A model generated the notes under the pieces. That model made no database searches and was not told where the DNA came from. It saw only the letters and a list, made by a program, of their open reading frames with translations. 64,000 nucleotides of DNA, taken from NCBI GenBank assembly GCA_963823665.1, contig CAWGMQ010000010.1:1408001-1472000 (forward strand). The letters run 5' to 3'. How positions within the stretch are numbered: the first letter of the stretch is position 1; every line of letters begins with the position of its first letter. Below are positions 34,154-44,412 of this stretch, piece by piece. Made by a program: the position numbers and the translations under genes. This DNA is from an uncultured Planctomycetota bacterium. Lineage in GTDB: Bacteria; Planctomycetota; Planctomycetia; Isosphaerales; Isosphaeraceae.

Positions 34154-35128
34154 ATGTCGGCCAAATTCGGCCCACGTCCCTGGCGAAGATTCCTGCGCTT
34201 CAACGTGCGGGGATTGGTCGTTCTCGTGCTCGTCATTGGCGGGTGGCTTGGCTGGCTCGTTCGAAGCGCGCACATCCAGCGCGACGCGGTGGCGGCGATC
34301 ACGAAAGCCGGGGGAATTGTGTCTTATGACTGGAACTCCGGCAGGGGGACGTTGAAGCCGGCACGGAAACCTTGGGCGCCGTGCTGGCTCGTGGATCTTA
34401 TTGGAGTCGACTATTTCGGTCACGTCACCGAAGTCACGCTTTATGAGAAGGGAACCGATGCCGTGATGCGACACGTCGCGTGGCTTTCGCAGGTCGAGCG
34501 ATTGATTCTCGATCAATCACCAGTCAGCCGCGACGTCGCGCTGAACGGGCTCACCTTCCTCGAGGTCAAGGACACACGTGTTACCGACGCCGGGCTGGCG
34601 CATCTCAAGGGGCTGACCAAGCTCTCCTACCTGATCCTCGACGACACTCCTATCACCGACATCGGGCTGGCGCATTTGAAGGATCTGAGCAATCTCTCCG
34701 TCCTTGACCTTGGAAACACGAATGTCACCGATGCCGGGCTGATGCATCTGAAGGGGTTGACGAAGCTGTCCCATCTCGACCTTCGCGGCACCGTAGTAAC
34801 CGATGCCGGGCTGGCGCATCTCGCGGGGCTGACCACGCTCGAAGAGCTGCTTCTCGGCGGGAAATCGTTCACCGACGCCGGACTCGTGCATTTGAGAGGA
34901 TTGACCAACCTCAGCACGCTCGACCTCGACGGCGCTGTGATCACCGACGCCGGGCTCGCACATTTAAAGGGGTTAAGCAAGCTCGCCGACCTAGACCTCA
35001 GCTTCACGCAGGTCACCGATGAGGGGCTCAAGCACCTGAAAGGGTTAACCAAGCTCTCTGGCCTCGAGGTTGACGGCACTGCTGTCACGGAGTCTGGAAC
35101 GAAGGAGCTCAGGGAAGCGCTGCCTTGA
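34154..35128 (+). CDS. Leucine-rich repeat protein 4
   Basis: RFNVRGL leader; TDAGLAHLKGL repeats. Confidence 0.92.
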   Translation: MSAKFGPRPWRRFLRFNVRGLVVLVLVIGGWLGWLVRSAHIQRDAVAAITKAGGIVSYDWNSGRGTLKPARKPWAPCWLVDLIGVDYFGHVTEVTLYEKGTDAVMRHVAWLSQVERLILDQSPVSRDVALNGLTFLEVKDTRVTDAGLAHLKGLTKLSYLILDDTPITDIGLAHLKDLSNLSVLDLGNTNVTDAGLMHLKGLTKLSHLDLRGTVVTDAGLAHLAGLTTLEELLLGGKSFTDAGLVHLRGLTNLSTLDLDGAVITDAGLAHLKGLSKLADLDLSFTQVTDEGLKHLKGLTKLSGLEVDGTAVTESGTKELREALP

Positions 35129-35187
35129 CTCTCGATCAACCATGATTAACGTGGCGCTCAGGCTCTTTGAGCAAGACGCCAAGAACT

Positions 35188-35595
35188 TCAGAGCTCTTCG
35201 ATCTGACTCGCCTTGCCCGAATCAAGCTTGGCTCCGCACTTCGAGCAAAATCGGGTGGGGGAGAACCAGTTGTGGTCCACGATCGTGGCTCCGCACTTAC
35301 CGCAGAATTTCGTGAACTTCAGGTTCAAGTAGCAGATCAGTGTTAGCGCCGGCACCACGAAGACCAACATCCAGAGTGAAGCGAACGAATTTGACCCAGC
35401 AACCGTCATCGCGGAGACGAACAGCACGAACAGAACGCCAGTGAGCACGATGTATCGCGGAAACCACTTCCGTTTGAACGCGGCGTCACGGCTGAGAAAG
35501 AAGACGATGAAACCGGTGACTCCCAAGACAACCCACGTGGCGACGAACAACACGGGCACGATACCGGCAAAGTTGCGCGCTGCGATCTCGTTCAT
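35188..35595 (-). CDS. Membrane protein with C-terminal zinc ribbon
   Basis: 3 TM, then CGKCG...CSKCG. Confidence 0.75.
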   Translation of the reverse strand: MNEIAARNFAGIVPVLFVATWVVLGVTGFIVFFLSRDAAFKRKWFPRYIVLTGVLFVLFVSAMTVAGSNSFASLWMLVFVVPALTLICYLNLKFTKFCGKCGATIVDHNWFSPTRFCSKCGAKLDSGKASQIEEL

Positions 35596-35695
35596 GTGGT
35601 CGCTCCGCGTTTATCAGAGGGCCATCCTCATGCTCTGCGCTTCACAAGATCGGAATACAAGGGGCTGGCGCTTGTGAACGGTAGGAACGAGGGCG

Positions 35696-35725
35696 GGGAC
35701 GCACTTTCGCGGAGCGAAAGGCGAC
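35696..35725. repeat. 30-bp REP-like palindrome (intergenic copy)
   Basis: GGGACGCACTTTCGCGGAGCGAAAGGCGAC; stem CTTTCGC/GCGAAAG. Confidence 0.85.
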
Positions 35726-35948
35726 TTTACCGGCTTCCCGGCGGTCGAGACCAGCGCGGTTCTCCGCGATCTTGTCCCAGCGATTCAAAGGCTTTGCAAA
35801 CCCGTCTCAACTGGCTAAGATGCTTTTCCGTCAGGATATTCGGCGGCTGTTGGACTGGCCGCGCGGACCGCCTCCGGGCCGTTCTGACGTGCGTCTCAAT
35901 CGCCATCAGCCCACTGGACAAACCCGCAATGGAGACAACGCGGCGATC

Positions 35949-37655
35949 ATGGTGAAAACACTCTCGATGGTCGGCTGGCTCTTACTCGCCCTGATCGGGG
36001 CAACAAGCACAATGTCGAAGGCAAGTGAACCGAACTCCCTGGACGACCCCATCGCCGCGGCTCGCGAGTTCATCGCCGAGCACGAGAAAACCGTGCGCCC
36101 GCTCGAGTATGCCGCGGCGCTCGCCTGGTGGAATGCCAACATCAGCGGGAAAGACGAGGATTTCGAGGCCAAGGAACGAGCGCAGAACCGGCTCGACGCG
36201 GCGCTTTCCGACCATGAGAAGTTTGCACGGCTCAAGACGCTCAAGGAAGCCTCGATCGCAGACCCACTCCTGGCTCGCCAGATCGCGGTGCTCTACCTCG
36301 GTTATCTGGAAAAGCAGGTCGATCCCGAGCTGCTGCGCCAGATGACGGCCAAGGCCAATGCCATCGAGAAGGACTTCAATGCGTACCGCGCCAAGGTGGG
36401 CGGCCGGACGCTCGCCGATAGTGACGTTCGCCGGATCCTCAAGGACTCGCGCGACTCCGCGGAGCGCAAGGCTGTCTGGGAAGCGAGCAAGGGAGTTGGC
36501 CCGGTCGTCGAGAGCGAGCTCAAGGCGCTCGTCAAGCTGCGCAACGAGTCGGCCCGCAAGCTCGGGCACGCCAATTATCAAGCTCTTCAGCTCTATCTCA
36601 ACGAGCAATCAGTCGCGCAGGTCCTCAAGCTCTTTGACGAGCTGGACGAGCTGACACGCGAGCCCTTCCGCAAGCTGAAAGGCGAGATCGATGCCAAGCT
36701 CGCCGAGCAGTGCCGCGTCACGGTCGACGAGCTGCGCCCGTGGCATTATCACGACCCGTTCTTCCAGGAATCGCCGGCGATTTTTGCAGCCGACTTCGAC
36801 TCCGTTTACGCCAGGGCCGATATCCTCAAACTCTGCCGCGATTTCTACGCCGGCATCGGCCTGCCGATCGACGACGTGATCGCCCGCAGCGACCTTTACG
36901 AAAAACCGGGGAAGAGCCCGCACGCATTTTGCACTGACATCGACCGGAAAGGCGACGTGCGCGTGCTCGCCAACATCGTGCCCAACGAATACTGGATGGG
37001 CACCATGCTCCACGAGCTGGGCCACTCGGTCTACAGCAGCAAGAACATCCCGCCCTCTGTTCCCTACATTCTCCGCACGGATGCCCACATCCTCACAACC
37101 GAGGGAATCGCCATGCTCTTCGAGCGGTTCTCGATGGACGCTGACTGGTTGACCGGGATGGGTGTGCACGTCTCCGACCCTGCGGCGTTCGACCGCGCCG
37201 GGGCCAAGATGCACCGCGCCAAGCTGCTGGTTTTCTCACGCTGGGCCCAGGTGATGTTCCGGTTCGAGAAAGGGCTCTACGAGAATCCCGATCAGGACTT
37301 GAACACGCTCTGGTGGGATCTGGTCGAGCGGTATCAACTGGTGCGCCGGGGCGAGGGTCGCAACCTGCCCGACTACGCCAGCAAGATTCATATCGTGAGT
37401 GCGCCTGTCTATTACCACAATTATTTGATGGGCGAGCTGTTTGCCGACCAGGTGCTCGCGGCGATTGCTCGAGACGTGCTGCACGGAGTCGAGCCGTCGC
37501 GGGCGAGCTTTGTCGGCAACAAGGCCGTCGGGGAGTTCTTGAAGACCCGTGTCTTCGCACCGGGCCGGTCGCTCGACTGGAACGGCCTCACTCGCCACGC
37601 AACCGGTGCCGACTTGAGCGCCAAGGCGTTCGCCGCCGAGATCGCCGCGGAATGA
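35949..37655 (+). CDS. Secreted M2/M3-like zinc metallopeptidase (peptidyl-dipeptidase A-like)
   Basis: Signal peptide; HAFCTDID; HELGH; TEGIA; APVYYHNY. Confidence 0.9.
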   Translation: MVKTLSMVGWLLLALIGATSTMSKASEPNSLDDPIAAAREFIAEHEKTVRPLEYAAALAWWNANISGKDEDFEAKERAQNRLDAALSDHEKFARLKTLKEASIADPLLARQIAVLYLGYLEKQVDPELLRQMTAKANAIEKDFNAYRAKVGGRTLADSDVRRILKDSRDSAERKAVWEASKGVGPVVESELKALVKLRNESARKLGHANYQALQLYLNEQSVAQVLKLFDELDELTREPFRKLKGEIDAKLAEQCRVTVDELRPWHYHDPFFQESPAIFAADFDSVYARADILKLCRDFYAGIGLPIDDVIARSDLYEKPGKSPHAFCTDIDRKGDVRVLANIVPNEYWMGTMLHELGHSVYSSKNIPPSVPYILRTDAHILTTEGIAMLFERFSMDADWLTGMGVHVSDPAAFDRAGAKMHRAKLLVFSRWAQVMFRFEKGLYENPDQDLNTLWWDLVERYQLVRRGEGRNLPDYASKIHIVSAPVYYHNYLMGELFADQVLAAIARDVLHGVEPSRASFVGNKAVGEFLKTRVFAPGRSLDWNGLTRHATGADLSAKAFAAEIAAE

Positions 37656-37673
37656 CGTCAGCGAAGGGTCTGG

Positions 37674-38420
37674 TCAGCCGACAGGCTGTGAGAGGCCAGT
37701 GCGGGCCTGGTTCTTGGTCTCGATCGCTCGAGCCGGGTTGCGATCGGTCTGTTGAATCAGGACGCGCAAGCTTCGTCCAAGATCGATGACCAGGATGATG
37801 AGCACGGTCGCCGAGAGCGACAGGAGCAGGAATGCGATCGTGCCGACGCAGCCGATGATGAGAGCAGTGATCGAGGAGCTGAGGATATGGCCTGCGACGA
37901 GCGCGCTCAAGAGCAGGAAGCCCAGAACGGCAAGCGACGAGGCGGCAAAACCGAGGACGACGTAGAAATGAACCCGTCCCCAGGACTCGATGACTTTGTA
38001 ATACCGCGGAACCACCAGCGCGGATTCCGAGCTTTCGGATTCGAACGCCGGAACAGTCTCGACCTCGTCCGAGCCTTCAGCCGCGGACGTGAAAGCCGGC
38101 AGCTCGACCTGCGAGTCGTCCGGGTCGCCTCCGAGCACGGCGGATGAAGTCGCCTGCTGCCAGTCCGATTGCGGCGGCGACTGGAATACCGGGTGATCGT
38201 CGTCCGTGTCGACCTCAGTCCTTGAACGGACCCGCTCGTGGACGAGCCGCGCAATCGCGCCGGCGACTGCCAGGTCTGATTGATCCAGCCCGTTCGTCAC
38301 TGGCGTCCGGTCAATCTTGAATCGAGCCCCGCAGGGGCGGCAACGAACCGTCTGCGATACGCGACCCCGGCTATCCGGAGCGTTCCCTTCACGTCCGCAG
38401 CTCGGGCAGCGGATGATCAT
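37674..38420 (-). CDS. N-terminal zinc-ribbon membrane protein
   Basis: CPSCG...CRPCG; two C-terminal TM helices. Confidence 0.75.
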   Translation of the reverse strand: MIIRCPSCGREGNAPDSRGRVSQTVRCRPCGARFKIDRTPVTNGLDQSDLAVAGAIARLVHERVRSRTEVDTDDDHPVFQSPPQSDWQQATSSAVLGGDPDDSQVELPAFTSAAEGSDEVETVPAFESESSESALVVPRYYKVIESWGRVHFYVVLGFAASSLAVLGFLLLSALVAGHILSSSITALIIGCVGTIAFLLLSLSATVLIILVIDLGRSLRVLIQQTDRNPARAIETKNQARTGLSQPVG

Positions 38421-38949
38421 GGATCCGAGTATCCTTCTGTGTGGCCACGATCGAAAGCCCAAACGGAGAGGAACTCTATCGTGTTTAACGGAGAGCGAAT
38501 CCGTTATAGAAGACAAGTGAACCAAAAGCAACAAACTGCTTCGCTTAAATCGGCTATTCCGCGCCAACCATATCTTCTTAATCGGAAGATCCACGACTCT
38601 TTCGTCCAAAGGCGAACAAAGGATAGGTTTTTATTGGCTAGTAATGGGCCCGAGCGCTGCGGTGCTGGGCAACGATGAGATGAGATAATGATCTCCGGGC
38701 GGCGAGCCCCTGGGTCACGAGGGCGTTTCGCACGGTGAGAGGCGTGAAGAGGCCGCAGAACCGGCCGAACACCACGTCGACAGGATGCCCACGGGTGCTG
38801 ACCATGAAGTCGACGTGCTCGGCGCTTTGGTTATCCCGCAGAACACCGGCCGAAGGATACGAGGATTTTGCCGAATCTGCGGAAAGTACCCAATGTGTTG
38901 CCAAAACACAATGGTTGCCATCAAGTGTTGCATACGTGGAGTTGCCAAA

Positions 38950-40329
38950 TCACAACAAAGTGCCGCGGAGGAGCACTATGGCGATGCTGAAGTAGATAAT
39001 CAGCCCGGTGACGTCGACGAGAGTCGCCACGAACGGCGCGGAGGAGGTTGCCGGGTCGAATCCAAGTCGCCGCAGCAGGAATGGAAGCATCGAGCCGGTC
39101 AGGGTTCCCCAGACGACGACACCGATGAGCGAGAAGCTGACCGTCATACCGACCAGGATCCAGTGTGGTCCGTAGATGTTCGAGAACGCGTTCCAGGCGG
39201 CGATCCGGACGAAACCGATCGAGCCCAGGATACATCCGAGCAACACGCCTGCGAGCAGCTCGCGGCGCATCACGCGCCACCAGTCCTTGAGCCCGACTTC
39301 GCCGAGCGCCAGGGCGCGGATGATCAAGGTGGCGGCTTGCGAGCCGGAGTTGCCACCGCTCGAGATGATCAGCGGCACGAAAAGCGCGAGCACGACGGCG
39401 CGGGCGATCTGCTTCTCGAAGAAGCCCATGGCCGTCGCGGTGAGCATCTCGCCCACGAACAGGATCACGAGCCAGCTTGCCCGCTTGCGGATCATCGCCG
39501 GCAGGGGCGTGCTCATGTAGGGCTCGTCGAGCGCTTCCAGGCCGCCGAAGCGCTGCAAGTCGCGGGTGGCTTCCTGTTCGGCGACGTCGAGCACGTCGTC
39601 GAGCGTGACGATCCCTGCCATCCGTCCCTGGGTGTCCACCACCGGCAGCGCGGTCCTGTCGTACTTGCCGAAGACTTCCACGGCCTTCTTGCGGCCGTCG
39701 GTGACGCAGAGACTCACGAACTCGTTGTCCATCAGATCCGAGACATGGGCGTGCAGGGGCGCGAGCAGAATCTCGCGAATCCGCAGGTCATCGACGAGCT
39801 TGTTGTGCTCGTCCGTGATGTAGATCACATTCAAGGTCTCACGGTCGCGGCCGTGGGCGCGGATGTGGTCGAGCACGTGCCGGATGGTCCATTCCCGGCG
39901 CACGACCAGGTAGTCGGGAGTCATCAGCCTGCCCACGCTGTCCTCGCGATATTCGAGCAAAGCCCGGGCGATCGCGCGCTCACTCTGATCGAGCAGGTTG
40001 AGGAATCGCTCGGCCTGTTCCGAAGGCATCTCGGCGAGGAGGGCCGTCCGGTCGTCGGGAGCCATCTCGTTCAAGACGAATCGGGACTCGTCTTCCGAGA
40101 AGGTGGTCAAGACGGTCTGCTGGGTGTCCAGATCCAGATAGGCAATGGTCTCTGCCGCTCGTTTGGGCTGGACGAGCCGCAGCACCTGAACACGCTCGGG
40201 GCCCGACAGCGCATCGGCGAGCTCGGCAAGGTCGGCGGGCAGCCAGCGGTTGAGTGCCTCGCGGAGCGTGTTGTCGTCGCCGGTGGCGAGCAGCTCGCGA
40301 ATCGATGGCAGCGCGAGCTTTCCCAGCAT
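38950..40329 (-). CDS. mgtE: Magnesium transporter MgtE
   Basis: CBS pair; PLIISSGGNSGSQ; DPATSSAPFVATLVDVTG. Confidence 0.96.
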   Translation of the reverse strand: MLGKLALPSIRELLATGDDNTLREALNRWLPADLAELADALSGPERVQVLRLVQPKRAAETIAYLDLDTQQTVLTTFSEDESRFVLNEMAPDDRTALLAEMPSEQAERFLNLLDQSERAIARALLEYREDSVGRLMTPDYLVVRREWTIRHVLDHIRAHGRDRETLNVIYITDEHNKLVDDLRIREILLAPLHAHVSDLMDNEFVSLCVTDGRKKAVEVFGKYDRTALPVVDTQGRMAGIVTLDDVLDVAEQEATRDLQRFGGLEALDEPYMSTPLPAMIRKRASWLVILFVGEMLTATAMGFFEKQIARAVVLALFVPLIISSGGNSGSQAATLIIRALALGEVGLKDWWRVMRRELLAGVLLGCILGSIGFVRIAAWNAFSNIYGPHWILVGMTVSFSLIGVVVWGTLTGSMLPFLLRRLGFDPATSSAPFVATLVDVTGLIIYFSIAIVLLRGTLL

Positions 40330-40606
40330 CGCTTTTCGTCCGGTTGTCCTGCGGGATAGGGCGAGTTCGACAGCGTGGACCAAGGTGGCCATGCACAGGC
40401 ATCGAGCGTACTGCCCGGGACGTCCCGGGGCCAGCCTGATAACCGGCAGGTTGACGATTTAGTCTGTCACAGCAGAGTAAAGCTTCACCGCGAGCTGGTG
40501 CTTCTGGATGATGAGCGTTCCCTGCCAGATCGCGCGTACGGTCACCTCGCTCCACCTTTCACTCTGCCGGTCGCGATTCCCCCGATACCGGCTGAGATCG
40601 CCAGCA

Positions 40607-41461
40607 TCACGATGAGTGCGCCGGCACGGCGTCTGCAGGAACGCCGTCCTCGTCGAGCGGTAGAAGTACGTCACGAGTCTGGAGCCTCGGAATCAAGCCT
40701 CGGCTCTGGAGCGTCTCACGAACGAAGAGAAACGCGTCTCCCGCCGCGGAAACGTCGGGATAGCTCAGCCAGCCAACGAAGCGGCCATCTTCGATTTGTG
40801 ACCTGGCCGCGACGACAGACCCCGTGCGTAGCTGCCCGAAGAGCTCGATCAATGTATGCAGAGTCTCGCCGGATGAGGGAAACTCAACCGCGCGATCTAC
40901 CAGCGCATGCGGCGGCCATGATATGACCATGCACACGCTGAGAGTGGCGTCATCCGCCTCTTGTGTCAACGAGAACGGGCCCACCGCATCCTTCTCATAC
41001 CGGGTCCAGACCAGCTCGACGTTGACGCGGCGTAGCTCATCTGGTTCCGGCCGGAAGTCTCCCGACTCGTGGGATGCTCGAGCCGGCTCCTCGTCCGCAA
41101 CGGCATCAGATCGGGGACCCGTATCGTCTACCGGGGCCGCATGGGTGCTCTCCCAGCGAGGAGCCGAGGAATCGGCCCGGCTGGAGGATGCACCTCGAGC
41201 CCAGCTCCAGCGTTGTTCCTGATCTGGAGCCGGGCCGCCCGGCGCCCGCTGCTCCCACGGATGAGATGATTGTACGCTCGCGGTTGTCTTCAGGACCTCA
41301 TAGGCCCGTGCCACCATGCGGAACGCCCATTCGTCGCCACCCGCATCGGGGTGGTGCTTTTTCGATTTCGCATGATAAGCCTCTCGAATCTCGTCCGGCG
41401 AGGCGCCAAGGCTGACGCCCAGCACCGTGCGCGGATCCAGTGAAAATGCGTGACAGCTCAT
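40607..41461 (-). CDS. J-domain (DnaJ-like) protein
   Basis: VLGVS...AYH..SKKHHPD...F.MV..AYEVL. Confidence 0.85.
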   Translation of the reverse strand: MSCHAFSLDPRTVLGVSLGASPDEIREAYHAKSKKHHPDAGGDEWAFRMVARAYEVLKTTASVQSSHPWEQRAPGGPAPDQEQRWSWARGASSSRADSSAPRWESTHAAPVDDTGPRSDAVADEEPARASHESGDFRPEPDELRRVNVELVWTRYEKDAVGPFSLTQEADDATLSVCMVISWPPHALVDRAVEFPSSGETLHTLIELFGQLRTGSVVAARSQIEDGRFVGWLSYPDVSAAGDAFLFVRETLQSRGLIPRLQTRDVLLPLDEDGVPADAVPAHSS

Positions 41462-42087
41462 GTTTGCTCCGCGAGGGTTGGTAGCCTGGGGCCAGCGTCT
41501 TTCTGAACCAAGTTCGGGCCGGACACCGGCGCCGGAGCTTCGCCGGCTGCGTGCTCGGCGGCTGCGGTGTCATCGGCTTTATCTTCAATCTCGTTTTGAA
41601 TCTGGCGGACGATCTCGGCGTGCTTCGTCTCTGCCTCGAATGCCCGTCCGTTGTTACATTTGTGCAGACCGAGCCCGGAGTGCTCGCAGAGAAGCCGCAA
41701 AAGACGGAGGATTTCTGTCGTCTCTTGCTCCGCGAGCATATTGATTTGCAGATCGAGATGATTGCGCCGCTCGCTCAGTTTTGCTTGCCGGTTCTGGCTC
41801 ATCATCAGGATTGGCGCGGCGTAAGCGGCCTGGAATGCGAGCACAAGATTCAGGAGTACAAATGGATAAGGATCCCAATGCTCGATCCAGGCGGCCAGGT
41901 TGAAAGCGATCCATACAAGCAGGGTCGCCGACTGCACGACGAGAAACGTCCAGCTTCCGACCCAGGCCGCCAGCCGATCGGCCACGCGCTCCCAGCGGGT
42001 CCGGACCTGGGCCTCGGCCTTCTCCATCTCGGCGATGATCGCCACGTTTCGGCGCGTGAGCTCTTCGATCGACTTCTCGGGTTCCAT
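41458..42087 (-). CDS. DUF1003 membrane protein
   Basis: GSWTF, DPYPFVLLNL, APILMMSQNRQ. Confidence 0.9.
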   Translation of the reverse strand: MEPEKSIEELTRRNVAIIAEMEKAEAQVRTRWERVADRLAAWVGSWTFLVVQSATLLVWIAFNLAAWIEHWDPYPFVLLNLVLAFQAAYAAPILMMSQNRQAKLSERRNHLDLQINMLAEQETTEILRLLRLLCEHSGLGLHKCNNGRAFEAETKHAEIVRQIQNEIEDKADDTAAAEHAAGEAPAPVSGPNLVQKDAGPRLPTLAEQT

Positions 42088-42088
42088 C

Positions 42089-42601
42089 TTAGCCGCCCAC
42101 CGCTTGCTCAACCTCGGCGGCCATCGGCAGCAGTTCATCCTCGGAAATGGAGGTCAGCTTCTCATCCGCCGCCGATTCCTCATCGAGCGTTTCTTGCAGG
42201 AGCTCGGCAACGTCCGCATGACCGAGCTGCTGAGCAAACGTTCGGGCGGTACCATACGCCGAGATTTCGTAGTGCTCCACTCGCTGCGCCGCGGCGATCA
42301 GCGCCGAATCGATGACGGGTCCAGGTCCCTCGGCTTCAAGGACTTCGGCTCCCTCTTCGATCAGTCCCTCCATCGCCTTGCATTTCTTCCCGGAGAGCTT
42401 GATGCCGAGAGACTCACCGATCTGGTCCAGTCGCTCGACCTGATGCTTGGTCTCTTCCAGGTGGTTTGTGATCGCTTCCTTGAGACTCTTGGCCGAAGCC
42501 TTCTTGGCCATCTTCGGCAATGCCTTCACGAGCTGATTCTCCGCACTATAGATGTCTTTGAGCTGATCTTCGAGCAACTTGGTGAGCGTCGGCATCTTCA
42601 T
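42089..42601 (-). CDS. YciE/YciF ferritin-like protein
   Basis: LKDIYSAENQ, HLEET, QRVEHYEISAYG. Confidence 0.92.
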   Translation of the reverse strand: MKMPTLTKLLEDQLKDIYSAENQLVKALPKMAKKASAKSLKEAITNHLEETKHQVERLDQIGESLGIKLSGKKCKAMEGLIEEGAEVLEAEGPGPVIDSALIAAAQRVEHYEISAYGTARTFAQQLGHADVAELLQETLDEESAADEKLTSISEDELLPMAAEVEQAVGG

Positions 42602-42776
42602 GTTGCACCTCAGTTGGATTGAATTTCGAGAGTGAACGAACCGGACACAGTCATCAGGGGCCGGGCGGGCCAGCGTGTCGCGAATCCGTCATCACACGAA
42701 TGGCGTGCGCAGTTTTTCGTCCGCCCCTGGAATGCTGCGAATTCCACGGAGCAAACGGTATGCCGAGATCTGGTGA

Positions 42777-42971
42777 GATGATGGGCTATCGCTGGGATCA
42801 TTTGGAATCGACGGCTCAACGGTCGGATTCGATGTCAATTTCGCGAATGCCAACAATGCGATCTACACCGCACTGGTTCCGGAGCCGAGCAGCTCACTAC
42901 TGCTGGTCCTTGGCGTGGCCGGACTGGCCGGCGCGCGCCTGTGGCGGGCTCGCCGGCAACGGTGCGCATGA
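42777..42971 (+). pseudogene. Orphan 3' fragment of a PEP-CTERM gene
   Basis: Frame reads ...NAIYTALVPEPSSSLLLVLGVAGLAGARLWRARRQRCA*, preceded by an in-frame TGA and no start. Confidence 0.7.
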
Positions 42972-43123
42972 TGCGCCGCGGCACGATGGCGGCGCTCGAA
43001 GCGGCGGCTCCAAGCGGCGAGAGGCTTCGGCCCACTTGACGTCCCGCGGCGGCGTCCTCTAGCATCAAACCGATACTACGCCTCGAGCCCAAGCCGTCTT
43101 CCTCTGTTTATTGAATGCACGCC

Positions 43124-43488
43124 ATGCCCACGTTGATCGAAAAGCCGGTCCGGATCGAGGCCGCTGGAAACAAGCCCAAGCTGATCGATGAGTTCGTCGG
43201 CCGGGTGAACACCCAAGATTCCACGGTGAGCATCGCACGGATGCGGTCTCCCTCCGGGTGGGTCGAGCCGGGGCAGAGGCCCGACTTTGACGAATACACG
43301 ATTGTTCTTGCCGGGTCACTGCGAGTCGAGCACGAGGCCGGGCTCATCGACGTCGATGCCGGGCAGGCTGTGCTTGTGAGACGGGGCGAGTGGGTGCGTT
43401 ACAGCACGCCCGGGCCCGGGGTGCCGAATATATCGCGGTCTGTCTGCCGGCTTTCTCGATCGAGACTGTTCACCGCGACGCGTCGTGA
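43124..43488 (+). CDS. Cupin (EutQ-like) protein (frameshift in G-run at ~43420)
   Basis: GNKPKLIDEFVG, GWVEPGQRPDFDEY; shifted frame gives AEYIAVCLPAFS..TVHRD. Confidence 0.85.
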
Positions 43489-43522
43489 GGCACTCACTTT
43501 CCTGGCGGTGCGGAAGGGCTGC

Positions 43523-44410
43523 ATGCAAGGACAGGTCTGCCTGGTGACCGGCGCGACCGCCGGAATTGGTCTGGTCACGGCGCGCGAGCTGGCGCGAAAG
43601 GGTGCGCACGTCATCCTGGTCGGGCGCTCGAGCGAGCGATGCTCGCGCGCGGCGGACGAAATCCGCGCGGCAGCCGGGTCGAGCTCGGTCGAGTGGCTGG
43701 TGGCCGACCTCAGCTCGCAGGCCGAGGTTCGGCGGCTCGCTGAAGACGTGCGCCGGCGAACGCAGCGTCTGGACGTGCTGGTCAACAACGCCGGCGGCAT
43801 CTTCTGGAAACGGCAGGAAAGCGCCGACGGAATTGAAATGACGTTTGCCCTGAACCACTTATCCTATTTCCTGCTGACCGACCTGCTGCGTCCGCTGCTC
43901 GAGAAGAGCGCACCGGCACGCGTTGTGAGCGTTTCTTCCGAAGCCCACAAGGGCGTTTCGATCGAGTTTGGTGACGTCGAAGGGAAAAAAAAGTTCGGCG
44001 GCTGGCGTGCCTACAAGCAGTCAAAACTGGCGAACATCCTGTTCACGCTCGAGCTGGTGCGGCGGCTGCATGGAACGCGGGTGACGGCGAACACGCTTCA
44101 TCCGGGTTTCGTGCGCACGAGCTTCCTGCGTCAGGGCGGCGCGATCGGATGGCTGCTGCGACGCGCCAGCGACTTGATCGCCTTGTCGCCGGATGAAGGA
44201 GCGAAGACATCCATTTATCTCGCATCCTCACCCGACGTGGCCCAGGTCACCGGCCGCTACTTTATCAAGGAACGGCCGGTCGAGAGCTCGCGGCAATCGC
44301 GCGACGCCCACGCCGCCCTTCGCCTCTGGCGGCTGAGCGAGGAAATGACCGGCCTTCAATCCGACGAGCGAACGGAAACGGCGGAAGGGAGAAGGTCGAC
44401 CGAGTCCTGA
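43523..44410 (+). CDS. Short-chain dehydrogenase/reductase
   Basis: TGATAGIG, NNAG, YKQSK. Confidence 0.93.
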   Translation: MQGQVCLVTGATAGIGLVTARELARKGAHVILVGRSSERCSRAADEIRAAAGSSSVEWLVADLSSQAEVRRLAEDVRRRTQRLDVLVNNAGGIFWKRQESADGIEMTFALNHLSYFLLTDLLRPLLEKSAPARVVSVSSEAHKGVSIEFGDVEGKKKFGGWRAYKQSKLANILFTLELVRRLHGTRVTANTLHPGFVRTSFLRQGGAIGWLLRRASDLIALSPDEGAKTSIYLASSPDVAQVTGRYFIKERPVESSRQSRDAHAALRLWRLSEEMTGLQSDERTETAEGRRSTES

Positions 44411-44412
44411 TT

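Noticed and set aside
31511..35128. Diversity-generating retroelement acting on LRR or TPR repeats
   Set aside because: There is no RT gene and no template/variable repeat pair with adenine-specific differences was seen.
43115..44410. Apparent cupin-SDR fusion
   Set aside because: The true cupin C-terminus lies in another frame and ends at 43488; the SDR starts at 43523.
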